A stretch of 64,000 nt of DNA. It comes from Bacteroidota bacterium (GTDB taxonomy: Bacteria > Bacteroidota > Ignavibacteria > Kryptoniales > JAKASW01). Every line of letters begins with the position of its first letter. Position 1 is the stretch's first letter. The translations under genes were made by a program, and so were the position numbers. Below are positions 1 to 9,158 of this stretch, piece after piece. The notes beneath the pieces were generated by a model. It ran no database searches, was not told the DNA's origin, and saw only the letters and a program-made list of their open reading frames with translations. The stretch spans positions 2,263-66,262 of the forward strand of contig JAJZNW010000087.1 in the NCBI GenBank assembly GCA_021811615.1, read 5' to 3'.

Positions 1-326
1 CCTGAAAGCAACAACACGATCACGGGAGATGTCGAGTAGAGGATCGCTGCCGAAGTCGCAGTCGTATATCTGACACCGTACAGGAAGGAGAACTGATTCA
101 CCGGTATGGAGAGGAATCCAAGGAGCAGGAGAAGGGCTAGATCTCGTCCTTTATAACGAAATTCAGGCCTTGCATACCACAGGTAGAGGAGGTATATCGA
201 CCCGGAGATCAGAACCCTGATGAAAGTGAGATTTGCGGCGGGGATCGACTGGGTGGCGGCATTTGCGATAATGTAGGTGCCGCTCGAAAAGAATATTTGT
301 ATGATTAAGATTATGTAAGGGTTCAC
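1..326 (-). CDS. EamA/DMT-family transporter, N-terminal part (gene runs off the left edge)
   Basis: My own minus-strand translation from GTG (complement of 324-326) gives MNPYIILIIQIFFSSGTYIIANAATQSIPAANLTFIRVLISGSIYLLYLWYARPEF...PVNQFSFLYGVRYTTATSAAILYSTSPVIV. It shows hydrophobic helices and an EamA-like pattern. The start overlaps the upstream stop as GTGA. It is not in the supplied ORF track because it is truncated. Confidence 0.55.
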   Translation of the reverse strand, partial: MNPYIILIIQIFFSSGTYIIANAATQSIPAANLTFIRVLISGSIYLLYLWYARPEFRYKGRDLALLLLLGFLSIPVNQFSFLYGVRYTTATSAAILYSTSPVIVLLLS

Positions 327-1732
327 GCGAAATTATCTGCGACACTTGCCAGTGTCCCTGTCGTCATGCCGTTTCCTTTTATCTCCTGAAGGAGGGCGGG
401 GAATATTTCGGTGTAGCCTTGAAAATCTATCGGATCGGTGAGTGAATTGTGGAATAGGATAGACGCACTGCCATTTGCCATCTTGGTTTCCTTGATCAGT
501 TCCTTCATCCTGGCCAGGGCCTGGTCATTGTTAATGGTCTTGTTTTCGGCAAGAGTGCCGTCCATGAAAACCAGGGGCAACTCAGTTACGGTCGACGGCC
601 TGTCTTCCGTGAAATTGTAAAGTGGGTAGGGGAAGGCGACGCTGTTTCTGAATCCAACCTCTCGCGAGAAGCCGAGTGTGGAATCGTATTTCATCTCTGC
701 CTTCTCCCAAATCTCTATGGTTTTTCCCGCGGTGAACTTAAGATAATGCTGTCTCACGGAGTTGACACGCTTCCCGATGAAATCCTGGAGGCGGTTCTTC
801 TCGCGGACGAACTCGTTCACGTCCACGTAAGTACTCATGCTTGGATGGATTCCGATTTCGAATCCTTCCGCGGCAAGCACATTCAGGAAGTTCCGCATCG
901 TCTTCGATCTGAAGTTATATGGAATGTCCTGCTTCCCTGTGGCGCCTGTTTTGATGAAGAATGTGGACTTAAACGCAAGTGAGCTCTCGGTATTTAATAT
1001 GAATTTCAGCCCTATCTTCGGGAGATCGAATCCGAATAATGCGTATAATGGGAACAGCAGCTTTGTCGCACGCTGCCTCGACGGGAGCCCGTGCCTGTTG
1101 AGGACGGCGATGCCGACCATCTCCCGGCTTATCATTCTGGGATTGAGGAAGCTTACGAAATCTACGTCGTGGGTCAATGCTATCGCGCTCTCCGCGCCGG
1201 CGTAAGTTTTTCGCTCGAGCGCAATACCGAAACATTCTTCGACTCGCTCTTTCAGGAAAAGAGAATAGTAATTGACCGCCGGAAACCCGAGGATCCCGAG
1301 TTTGTATTGGAGAGAGTCCATCGCACGAAGCCTGTCGAATTCATCTCTCTCGAGGCTGATGAGGTCCTGGAAATCGGAAGCGAGGATGAATGCTGCCGCG
1401 GGGATGTCGAAATCGATTGAGGGATTGAGCGGATTGGTAACGGCGAAGATCCTCGGAAGAGTCTTCCCGGAGTACTCGAACCTGGAAATGCTTTCGACAT
1501 CCGGCAGCGTGGAGCCTGAAATACATCTGAGGAACTCATCCGACGACCTTATCCAAAGCACCTTCTTCGAATCGTTTGGCAGCTGCCGTCCGTAAAAAAT
1601 ATTGAGGCAATCTGGCGAGAGTGTCTTCGTGAAGTCGAGCTCGACCCGCAGAGGGCGAAAAAGCAGGCTGAAGCCGTATTGAATCTTCCGCTTGATGATG
1701 TCGTCGGCGCTGACGATTATGTTTATTTTCAT
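323..1732 (-). CDS. polysaccharide-deacetylase-like (CE4-fold) protein, putative
   Basis: 469-aa ORF with ALTHDVDF ... IGIHPS ... VRQHYLKF segments that resemble the metal/catalytic motifs of deacetylase-fold enzymes. It sits 14 nt downstream of the GGR gene and overlaps the EamA start, so it looks like an operon member. Confidence 0.5.
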   Translation of the reverse strand: MKINIIVSADDIIKRKIQYGFSLLFRPLRVELDFTKTLSPDCLNIFYGRQLPNDSKKVLWIRSSDEFLRCISGSTLPDVESISRFEYSGKTLPRIFAVTNPLNPSIDFDIPAAAFILASDFQDLISLERDEFDRLRAMDSLQYKLGILGFPAVNYYSLFLKERVEECFGIALERKTYAGAESAIALTHDVDFVSFLNPRMISREMVGIAVLNRHGLPSRQRATKLLFPLYALFGFDLPKIGLKFILNTESSLAFKSTFFIKTGATGKQDIPYNFRSKTMRNFLNVLAAEGFEIGIHPSMSTYVDVNEFVREKNRLQDFIGKRVNSVRQHYLKFTAGKTIEIWEKAEMKYDSTLGFSREVGFRNSVAFPYPLYNFTEDRPSTVTELPLVFMDGTLAENKTINNDQALARMKELIKETKMANGSASILFHNSLTDPIDFQGYTEIFPALLQEIKGNGMTTGTLASVADNFA

Positions 1733-1746
1733 GGCGCTGGAATTCT

Positions 1747-2913
1747 TCAGGAGAAGAAGAGCTTCATGACATCGATTATTAATCCCGGGTGTTTAAGGAC
1801 GGCTTGCTTGAAAAGCACGCCGAGTGTCTGCTCATCCTCGGGAAGCCGCGACATCTCGGCTGCGATAGAGTTGAGGTCGTTGTCCTTAAACTTATAAATC
1901 ACTTTCTTGATCCTGTAGTATCGATGGTGGCGGCTTCCGAGTGAATTCTGCCATTCCTTCTCGTATTTACCGAGGAAGCTCATGTCGTTTTTCTTCGCTG
2001 CCTCCGCTGCGACGATGCCCGCGATCTTTCCCGCCATCATCCCGCTGATTATTCCGCCGCCGGATACGGGATTAACCTGGTGAGCCGCGTCGCCTACGAG
2101 CATGAGTCCGGGCATCGCTATGCGGTCGAGAGTCTCGGCGCAGGGGACGCCTCCCGCGAGCTTTGTAAGGATGGCAGCCTTCGGAAACTGTTCCTGCATG
2201 AATTCATCGAGGAACTTCAGCGCGTGCTTCTGCCTGCTCCTGTCTGCGGCAACGGCGAGCCCGATGTTGGCGGTCTTATTCCCTTTCGGGAACACCCACA
2301 GGTAGCCTCCCGGCGCGTATTTCTCGCCGAAGTAGAAGTAACAGGTATCCTGTTCCACGTCGATGTTGGCTGCAGTCACCTGTGCTGCGGATTCCATGTC
2401 GTGCATCGAAACCGTCGTGTCTATCCCTGCCCATCTTCCGACACGTGACTCTACGCCGTCTGCGCCTATCACGATTCTGCTCTTCAGGGAAATGCGTTCT
2501 CCGTGGTACTGGACCGTGACACCGGTGACGCTCCCGTCGGTGCGCGTCACCCCGTCGACGTAAGCCTTCGTTATCACTTCCGCCCCTTCGTCGGCGGCGA
2601 TTCTCGCAAGCTCGTAGTCGAACACCTTCCTGTCGAGCACATATCCGACGCCGTCGATGTTCGGTTTCACAGTCATTCCGTTCGGGGCAACGAGTTTGAA
2701 ATTCCTGATCTTGGCGGCCACGAATTTGTCGTCCGGCTCTATGAACGGAGCCAGCCCTTCGTGGTCCACCGCTTCACCGCATCTCACCGGCACGCCGATC
2801 TCTCTGTCCTTCTCGAGGACAAGGACGCTCGCTCCTCCCATCGCTGCGTACCGCGCAGCGGTTGAGCCTGCCGGTCCGCCGCCGACTACTATCACATCGT
2901 ACGATTCCCTCAT
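1747..2913 (-). CDS. geranylgeranyl reductase family FAD-dependent oxidoreductase
   Basis: N-terminal Rossmann motif YDVIVVGGGPAGSTAARYAA, then LEKDREIGVPVRCGEAV, and later LVGDAAHQVNPVSGGGI. Length is 388 aa. There is a 4-nt overlap with the upstream ferredoxin gene. Confidence 0.85.
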   Translation of the reverse strand: MRESYDVIVVGGGPAGSTAARYAAMGGASVLVLEKDREIGVPVRCGEAVDHEGLAPFIEPDDKFVAAKIRNFKLVAPNGMTVKPNIDGVGYVLDRKVFDYELARIAADEGAEVITKAYVDGVTRTDGSVTGVTVQYHGERISLKSRIVIGADGVESRVGRWAGIDTTVSMHDMESAAQVTAANIDVEQDTCYFYFGEKYAPGGYLWVFPKGNKTANIGLAVAADRSRQKHALKFLDEFMQEQFPKAAILTKLAGGVPCAETLDRIAMPGLMLVGDAAHQVNPVSGGGIISGMMAGKIAGIVAAEAAKKNDMSFLGKYEKEWQNSLGSRHHRYYRIKKVIYKFKDNDLNSIAAEMSRLPEDEQTLGVLFKQAVLKHPGLIIDVMKLFFS

Positions 2914-3128
2914 GCCGTCACTTTCATACTTATTTTTTCGCCTTTGCCGGAATGATCGTTATGAAACTCAAAGACTTCGAAAGGGCATGCCCACTCGCAT
3001 TTGCGACAATTCGTACATATCTCGTGTACAATTGAAATGCGGCTCTCAGTGAGGTCTATGCAGTTCTCCGGACACACACCGACGCAGCATCCGCATAAAT
3101 CGCACTTTTCTTCATGTATCTCTATCAC
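2910..3128 (-). CDS. 2x[4Fe-4S] ferredoxin
   Basis: 72 aa with two CxxCxxCxxxCP motifs (CDLCGCCVGVCP and CTNCRKCEWACP). Confidence 0.85.
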   Translation of the reverse strand: MIEIHEEKCDLCGCCVGVCPENCIDLTESRISIVHEICTNCRKCEWACPFEVFEFHNDHSGKGEKISMKVTA

Positions 3129-3485
3129 TCTTCCGCTCCTTTGGGACCTCGGGACGGATCGAAAATTCCTCTTCCCATTTATATGCTTTCAGATTGAATT
3201 GCCGTCGACTTAAAGATCATGCGGCTCAGACAATATAAGAAAAGGGCGTGACGCAAACACCGCTTTCGGTGTGTGCCATAACCGCTTACTTACGGGGCTT
3301 TCGGCTCTATGGCATTCATTAAAATGAACGCCTGACAAATGCGCGAGACCGCAATGCGGTTTTGTTGACAACGGCCGCTCGTTTCGACGATTGGCGCGAG
3401 CGGTTACTGTGTGCCATGGTTTGAATAAGCTGATGGAGAATAGAGTGATAAGCTCACGGAAACGGGAGGGCCGCCGTCTGCCGAT

Positions 3486-5336
3486 TCATCTCAGACTCTC
3501 GAAATAATGCTCCAGCAGTTCCTTGTCGCGGTAGGTTTCGCTCAATACCCGCTTTCTCTGCACGAGTTCCTGGTATTCGAAATCGAGGTCGTCGGTGCTC
3601 GACCCTTTCTTCTCCTGGCCGGCGATGCGCGCGGTGAGCATCTTAAGCCTCTGGTCGATCTGCTCGAGCTCGAATGAAATGAGGAGCTGCGAAATCCATT
3701 TGAGATAGTCGGGGGTTTCGCTGCCGGGTCTTATCTCTTCCCACCATATCCTGCTTCGTTGAGGTGCAGCAAAAGCCAATTCGGCGAACGCCTTCCTGAC
3801 ATTTTCGGACGAGAGTTCGTCGATGACGGCAGACGCAGGGTTTCCGCTGCTTCGTGCAGCTATGACTTTCTCGATGATTTCACCGGTCATCGGGTCCTGT
3901 ATCTCCAGCCTGGAAATCTGACCGGCAACAATCTCGAATAGGGATTCATCGACATTTACGAGAAGGCTTATGAGATCCCGATCGGCTATCGCGAGGCGCA
4001 ATTCCTGCCGTTTCACCTGGGCCGGCTGAGCTGGTTGGTACCTCGAATGCGACGACTTTCTCTTCTTCAGCTCTTCGTAGATGGCTTCCTCCCGCAAGCC
4101 GAATTTGCCTGCGAGATCTTTGACGTAAAGATTCACCTTGATCGCATCGCTGATTCTTGCGAGCGATTCCACTATCGATTGAATTATCGCGGCTGTGTTT
4201 GAAGATGAACCGGTCCGGCTTGCAAGCAACGAGGCTTTGAATTCGACGATGTTCATCGCACTGCCTATGAGCGACATGAACTCTTCGCTCCCCTTCGCAA
4301 GAACGAAAGTATCAGGGTCCTCACCCGGCGGGAGCTCCACGATGTAGACGTTCATCCCATGTTCGAGAAGTATGTCCGATCCCCGCATCGAGGCGTCCTG
4401 TCCGGCCGTATCCGCATCGTAAACGAGATATACATTCTGCGTGTAGCGGGAGATGTGCTGAATCTGTTCGATCGTAAGGGCGGTGCCGCTGGAGGCGACT
4501 ACGTTTCGGATTCCCGACTGGTGGAGCGCGATGAGATCGGCGTAGCCTTCGACCAGGATGGCGGCGTCCTTTTCTATGATCGCATCCTTTGCCTGGTAAA
4601 TTCCGAAAAGAGTCCTGCCTTTGATGTACGCCGCCGTCTCGGGTGAATTGATGTACTTTGCCTTCTCATCCGGCTTCAACGTCCTGCCTCCGAAGGCGAT
4701 GACGCTCCCGCCGGCAGAAAAGACCGGGAACATTACTCTTGCCCTGAAACGGTCGTAATATCCCGAACCGTCCTGCCTCTTCAGAATGAGTCCCGACTTT
4801 TCGATTGTCTTCTCGTTCATCCCCTTCTTCTTAAGGTGGTTGAGAAGTCCATCCCATCTGTCTGGCGCGTACCCGATCATGAACCTGTCGATTGAGTCGT
4901 CGTTGAATTGCCTCTTCTCTTTCAAATACGCGAGCGCTCTGGCTCCTTCGTCTGACTGAAGCATGTCACGATAATACCTGACCGCCTTTTCATTTATGTC
5001 GAGGACTTCGTCGACGTCGTTGTGCCTCTCGTCGGAATACGACGGTAGAGTGATGTTAGCTCTCGATGCGAGCTGCCTGAGTGCTTCTCCGAAGGATACC
5101 TTTTCGTGCTGGGTCAGGAAAGTGAATACATTTCCGCCCGCGCCGCAGCCGAAACAATGGTACAGACCTTTCTCCCTGTTCACGGTAAACGACGGAGTTT
5201 TTTCCGTGTGGAACGGGCAGAGGCCGAGATAATTCTTCCCTCGCTTCTGGAGCCGGACATACTGGGATATGATGTCGACGATGTCAGTAGCGCGTCTTAC
5301 TTCTTCTACGATGCTGTCTGAGGAAAATTTGCTCAT
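3486..5336 (-). CDS. dnaG: DNA primase
   Basis: Zinc-finger CPFHTEKTPSFTVNREKGLYHCFGCGAGG and a TOPRIM segment VEGYADLIAL...VYLVYDADTAG. I chose the start at MSKFSS (ATG, complement of 5334-5336); a GTG at 5381 is the alternative. Confidence 0.93.
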   Translation of the reverse strand: MSKFSSDSIVEEVRRATDIVDIISQYVRLQKRGKNYLGLCPFHTEKTPSFTVNREKGLYHCFGCGAGGNVFTFLTQHEKVSFGEALRQLASRANITLPSYSDERHNDVDEVLDINEKAVRYYRDMLQSDEGARALAYLKEKRQFNDDSIDRFMIGYAPDRWDGLLNHLKKKGMNEKTIEKSGLILKRQDGSGYYDRFRARVMFPVFSAGGSVIAFGGRTLKPDEKAKYINSPETAAYIKGRTLFGIYQAKDAIIEKDAAILVEGYADLIALHQSGIRNVVASSGTALTIEQIQHISRYTQNVYLVYDADTAGQDASMRGSDILLEHGMNVYIVELPPGEDPDTFVLAKGSEEFMSLIGSAMNIVEFKASLLASRTGSSSNTAAIIQSIVESLARISDAIKVNLYVKDLAGKFGLREEAIYEELKKRKSSHSRYQPAQPAQVKRQELRLAIADRDLISLLVNVDESLFEIVAGQISRLEIQDPMTGEIIEKVIAARSSGNPASAVIDELSSENVRKAFAELAFAAPQRSRIWWEEIRPGSETPDYLKWISQLLISFELEQIDQRLKMLTARIAGQEKKGSSTDDLDFEYQELVQRKRVLSETYRDKELLEHYFESLR

Positions 5337-5570
5337 GCTTATCTGGAATGATTGCCGGTGTGGGTAACGCTCACTTCTCACAAACTACAGGCTGCCTCGA
5401 TGATTGCGGACGAATCGCTGTTACCCGTTTACTCCACAACGTCAGAACTTAATCAAGAGCGCTCTGATATTCAATCATGGATGCGTCGTTGCGTCCGCCG
5501 AGTGTGAGATGACAATTTGATGCTTCGATTTTCTTGAATATTGTCTGCATGGATTATAACTTTTCATTGC

Positions 5571-6266
5571 ATGACAGAAAAATCATTGCTTGTCGTTTCG
5601 CGAACTCCGCTCCCGAAAGAAGTGAAGACCAATCTCGTTCCTCCTCTTACCAACGAAGAGGCCGCCGAGTTTCACGCCTCACTCCTGTTCGACATCGTAG
5701 AGCGCGCCGCACTTCATCTGCACGTACAGCCGTATGTGTATTTCGATCCGGCGGACGCGCGCCCCGACTTTGAACATGTGTTCCGTCACGCGAGTTTCGA
5801 ATACAAGCTTAAACCTGCGATCGGGAGTAAGCTCTCCGATAAGATATCCAACGCGGTGGACAACGTTTTCTCCGACGGCGTGAAAAAGCTGATTTACCTC
5901 GACGTGGATGCCGCGCTCGTGTCGCCGCAGACCATCAAACACTGTTACGATCTTCTCAGTCTCGACGACGACGTCGTAGTACTCGCGCCCGATGAAATCA
6001 ACCAGCTTTACATGGTAGGTCTCAAGAAGCCTCACGTCCAGATTTTCGACGCGATAAATTCCAAAGACCCTTTCGAGGTCTCGATGAAGATCGCGGCTCC
6101 GATTTCTGCGATGCTTTTTACACTGGATCGCTTTCATTGCATGCGCGACTTAACCGGCCTCAGAAGAGTATTCAATGCCTTCACGAGAAACGGTCAGATG
6201 ATCGATCAAGCCCGGCGCACGACGGATTTCCTAATCGGCCTGAAGGAAAAGTACGGCGAGATCTGA
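5571..6266 (+). CDS. DUF2064 (TIGR04282-like) nucleotide-sugar/glycosyltransferase-fold protein
   Basis: LLVVSRTPLPKEVKTNLVPPLTNEEAAEFHASLLFD matches the N-terminal pattern I associate with DUF2064. Start chosen at ATG 5571. The stop overlaps the nadD start (TGATG). Confidence 0.55.
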   Translation: MTEKSLLVVSRTPLPKEVKTNLVPPLTNEEAAEFHASLLFDIVERAALHLHVQPYVYFDPADARPDFEHVFRHASFEYKLKPAIGSKLSDKISNAVDNVFSDGVKKLIYLDVDAALVSPQTIKHCYDLLSLDDDVVVLAPDEINQLYMVGLKKPHVQIFDAINSKDPFEVSMKIAAPISAMLFTLDRFHCMRDLTGLRRVFNAFTRNGQMIDQARRTTDFLIGLKEKYGEI

Positions 6267-6898
6267 TGGGCGAGCGATCCTTTCCGAAGAGTTCCTCCGG
6301 TTTGAAGGATCCTGCGGTCAGAAAGATTGGGATCTTCGGCGGCACCTTTAATCCGCCTCACATAGCTCACCTCATGGCCGCCGAGGGAGTAAGAGATCAA
6401 CTGAAGCTTGACAGGGTTATCTTCGTCCCTGCAGCAATTCCTCCCCACAAACAAAAAGAAAACATAGTCCAGGTAAAGCATCGTCTTGAGATGGTGAGAC
6501 TTGCAATCAAGGGAAACCGGTATTTCGAAATATCCGATGTAGAGCTCCATAGAAAGGGGCCGTCCTATACCATAGATACCGTGCGCGAGATGAGGCGATC
6601 ATATCCTCACGACGAGCTTCTCTTCATAATGGGAATAGATCTGCTGACGGATTTCGACACCTGGAAGGAACCCGACCGGATCCTCGATGAGTGCAGGCTG
6701 GTGGCAATGAACCGCCCCGGATTTGACCTGGCCGTTGTCGATAAGGATTTGCTCTTGAGGGTGGAATTGGTGAACGTGCCCAGCGTCGACATATCATCTA
6801 CAAATATCCGCAGAAGGGTGAAGTCAGGCCGGTCGATAAGATATCTTGTAACGCAAGACGTCGAAGAATACATACGGCGGAATTCCATTTACCTGTAA
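6266..6898 (+). CDS. nadD: nicotinate-nucleotide adenylyltransferase
   Basis: IGIFGGTFNPPHIAHL (the (H/T)xGH nucleotidyltransferase motif) plus the C-terminal ISSTNIRRRV motif. The real start is most likely ATG 6266 rather than track start 6137, which lies inside the preceding gene. Confidence 0.9.
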   Translation: MGERSFPKSSSGLKDPAVRKIGIFGGTFNPPHIAHLMAAEGVRDQLKLDRVIFVPAAIPPHKQKENIVQVKHRLEMVRLAIKGNRYFEISDVELHRKGPSYTIDTVREMRRSYPHDELLFIMGIDLLTDFDTWKEPDRILDECRLVAMNRPGFDLAVVDKDLLLRVELVNVPSVDISSTNIRRRVKSGRSIRYLVTQDVEEYIRRNSIYL

Positions 6899-6989
6899 GT
6901 TGTTGCGGGTCAAAGAATTGTATATCCGCCTCACGCATTTTATATTTATCGAAAAGTAATAACCCAACTTTCAAATGGAGTGAGAGATA

Positions 6990-8411
6990 ATGAAGAAGTA
7001 CAGTCTACTGGCGCCACTTATAAGCCTTCTTGCCGTAAGTTTCGCGTTTGTGGGCTTCCAGTGCTCGTCGGCTGAGTTGACGAGTGCTAAGCTCTACATG
7101 CAGAAGAGTGAATGGAATAAGGCTGAGTCTGAGCTCGAGAAAGCCGTCAAGAAAGATTCCCTGGACGAAGAAAGCTGGTATTACCTGGGGATTGTTCGGG
7201 GTGAGAAGAAGGATTATGCGGGTCTGATGGATGCCTTCGCTCATGCGCAGAAGATTTCAGCCGCACACGATTCCGATATTGTACAGGTAAGACTCCACTA
7301 CTGGGTCATTGCTTACAACGACGGGAGCAGGGATCTTCAGAAGGGAAGGGATTCCTCGGCTTATTACCAGGATGCGCTGAAGTTGTTCAAAGGGACCGTG
7401 CTCCTCGAACCTGACAGCACCATGGGATACAGAGGTCTCGCGTATACATACCTCAACATGGGAAATGAAGACAGCGCTATTTCGCCTCTCGAAGTTCTGT
7501 GGAACAGGGACAAAGATGAAAATGCCGCGAAGCTGCTCGGAGAGATCTATTATGAAAAGGGCCGGAATCTGAAGCTGAAGTTTGAGGATGCCAATGGAGA
7601 AAAGATCAAGATTGCGAACGGACTCGCCGCACTGAAGACAGGTATCAGTAAGTACGATGTTACATCCGACATAGGTCAGCCGGATGAAAAGACTACAGAG
7701 CCATCGCGCAAAGTGAAACAGGGTAGAAAGATGGTCGAGATCCCGGCCAAGGATATCTGGACATACAAGAAACTCGGCCTGACGATCACTTTCCAGGCGG
7801 ACACGGTTGCCGAAAAGAAGGTCGACTTCGTCTACTCTCCCAATATCGATTCGACCGATTACAAGCTTGCGTTCGCAGATTTTCAAAAGGGATTAGCCAT
7901 TCTAAGACCGGCAAGCGAAATGTTTCCGACTGACGCGAGTATCATGACGGTTCTGACGAACTGCTATATCGGAGCCGACATGACCCAGCAGGCAGCCGAC
8001 GCGTTTAAATTAGCCGCGGAGAAAAATCCGGACAACAAGGATTTCCAGTATAATTACGGAGTGATTCTCCTCAGGGCTAATAAATACCCCCAGGCAATAT
8101 CCGAATTCGAGAAGACGTTGAAGATCGATCCGGAATACTGGAACGCCGTCTACAATATGGGAGCTTCCTACGTTAACTGGGGAGTAGAGGTCCAGGACAA
8201 TGCATCACAGAACAGCGATCCGGATTCGCTGCGCAAAGCCGTAAGCGCCAAGTTTGAGAAGGCGCTGCCGTATCTCGAGAAGTTCTCGAATTACAAGCCG
8301 TCGGACCCGAGTATCTGGGATCTTCTTGGAAAAGTGTATGCTTATCTTAACGAAGTCCAGAAAGCGCAGGACGCGATGCAAAAGGCCGATTCTCTAAGGA
8401 ATGTCCATTAA
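6990..8411 (+). CDS. secreted TPR-repeat protein
   Basis: N-terminal signal peptide, with repeated TPR-like segments (WYYLGIVRGEKKDYAGLMDAFAHAQKI, YNYGVILLRANKYPQAISEFEKTLKIDPEY, WDLLGKVYAYLNEVQKAQDAMQKA). Confidence 0.75.
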   Translation: MKKYSLLAPLISLLAVSFAFVGFQCSSAELTSAKLYMQKSEWNKAESELEKAVKKDSLDEESWYYLGIVRGEKKDYAGLMDAFAHAQKISAAHDSDIVQVRLHYWVIAYNDGSRDLQKGRDSSAYYQDALKLFKGTVLLEPDSTMGYRGLAYTYLNMGNEDSAISPLEVLWNRDKDENAAKLLGEIYYEKGRNLKLKFEDANGEKIKIANGLAALKTGISKYDVTSDIGQPDEKTTEPSRKVKQGRKMVEIPAKDIWTYKKLGLTITFQADTVAEKKVDFVYSPNIDSTDYKLAFADFQKGLAILRPASEMFPTDASIMTVLTNCYIGADMTQQAADAFKLAAEKNPDNKDFQYNYGVILLRANKYPQAISEFEKTLKIDPEYWNAVYNMGASYVNWGVEVQDNASQNSDPDSLRKAVSAKFEKALPYLEKFSNYKPSDPSIWDLLGKVYAYLNEVQKAQDAMQKADSLRNVH

Positions 8412-8438
8412 AATTCGGCTCACATTATAATTGCATGG

Positions 8439-8477
8439 CCGCTGCGCCGGCGAATCGCCGGCCCAGCGGCTTTTTTT
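8439..8477 (+). terminator. rho-independent terminator after the TPR gene
   Basis: GCCGCTG-CGCCGGCG-AAT-CGCCGGC-C-CAGCGGC long GC hairpin followed by TTTTTTT. Confidence 0.8.
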
Positions 8478-8615
8478 GTCGCCAGAGTGTTGTAACAGAG
8501 AGGTTTTAAGCTTATCCTTATAGGCAATTTCACGCAAGGAGGGCACGGAGGCATAGAGTGCGGAGCCAAATCTGGAACCCAATGTGAAATACAAACCGTG
8601 CAAATGTAGGAGCTT

Positions 8616-8936
8616 ATGATGTCAGAAGATAAGAACGTTCCACAGCAGATTAATATCGAGCTCGGCGACAAGGAGGCCGAGGGGATCTATTCCAACCTCG
8701 CCATCATTTCGCACTCTCCGGCGGAGTTCATCATAGACTTCACCAGGCTGCTTCCCGGTGTGCCGAAGGCAAAAGTGCATGCGAGGATAATAATGACACC
8801 TCAGCATGCTAAGATGCTTCTCGGAGCCCTCCGTGAGAACGTCGAGAAATACGAGCGTACCTTCGGCGAAATAAAAGTATTCGCGGGCCCCGTCCCGCCG
8901 ACCGCACCTTTCGGATTCCAGTCCCCGGGTGCGTGA
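8616..8936 (+). CDS. DUF3467-family protein
   Basis: INIELGDKEAEGIYSNLAIISHSPAEFIIDFTRLLPG...AKVHARIIMTPQHAKMLLGAL matches my memory of DUF3467. TAGGAG lies upstream; the second ATG at 8619 may be the true start. Confidence 0.7.
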   Translation: MMSEDKNVPQQINIELGDKEAEGIYSNLAIISHSPAEFIIDFTRLLPGVPKAKVHARIIMTPQHAKMLLGALRENVEKYERTFGEIKVFAGPVPPTAPFGFQSPGA

Positions 8937-9158
8937 CAGAATTCTTTTCGAGTGTTGGCTTTTTTTCTAAAACGCAGAAGTTCTCCTGGCGCATGCACAG
9001 ATTGAATGAAGTCGGGCTGTTTCAAAAGTTTGAAGCCATGTTCATGTTCCGATATCTGTGACCTGAGACAAGTTTTTACTTGTTGACTTGGCATAACTTT
9101 GTCGCGAGAGAGCAGCTCGTTTAACAAATCCCGTAAAAACTAGTAGAAGGAGTCCCCT

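Noticed and set aside
6137-6265. N-terminal extension of nadD (track start 6137)
   Set aside because: The extension lies wholly inside the DUF2064 gene in another frame. ATG 6266 gives a normal-length NadD and forms a TGATG coupling with the upstream stop.
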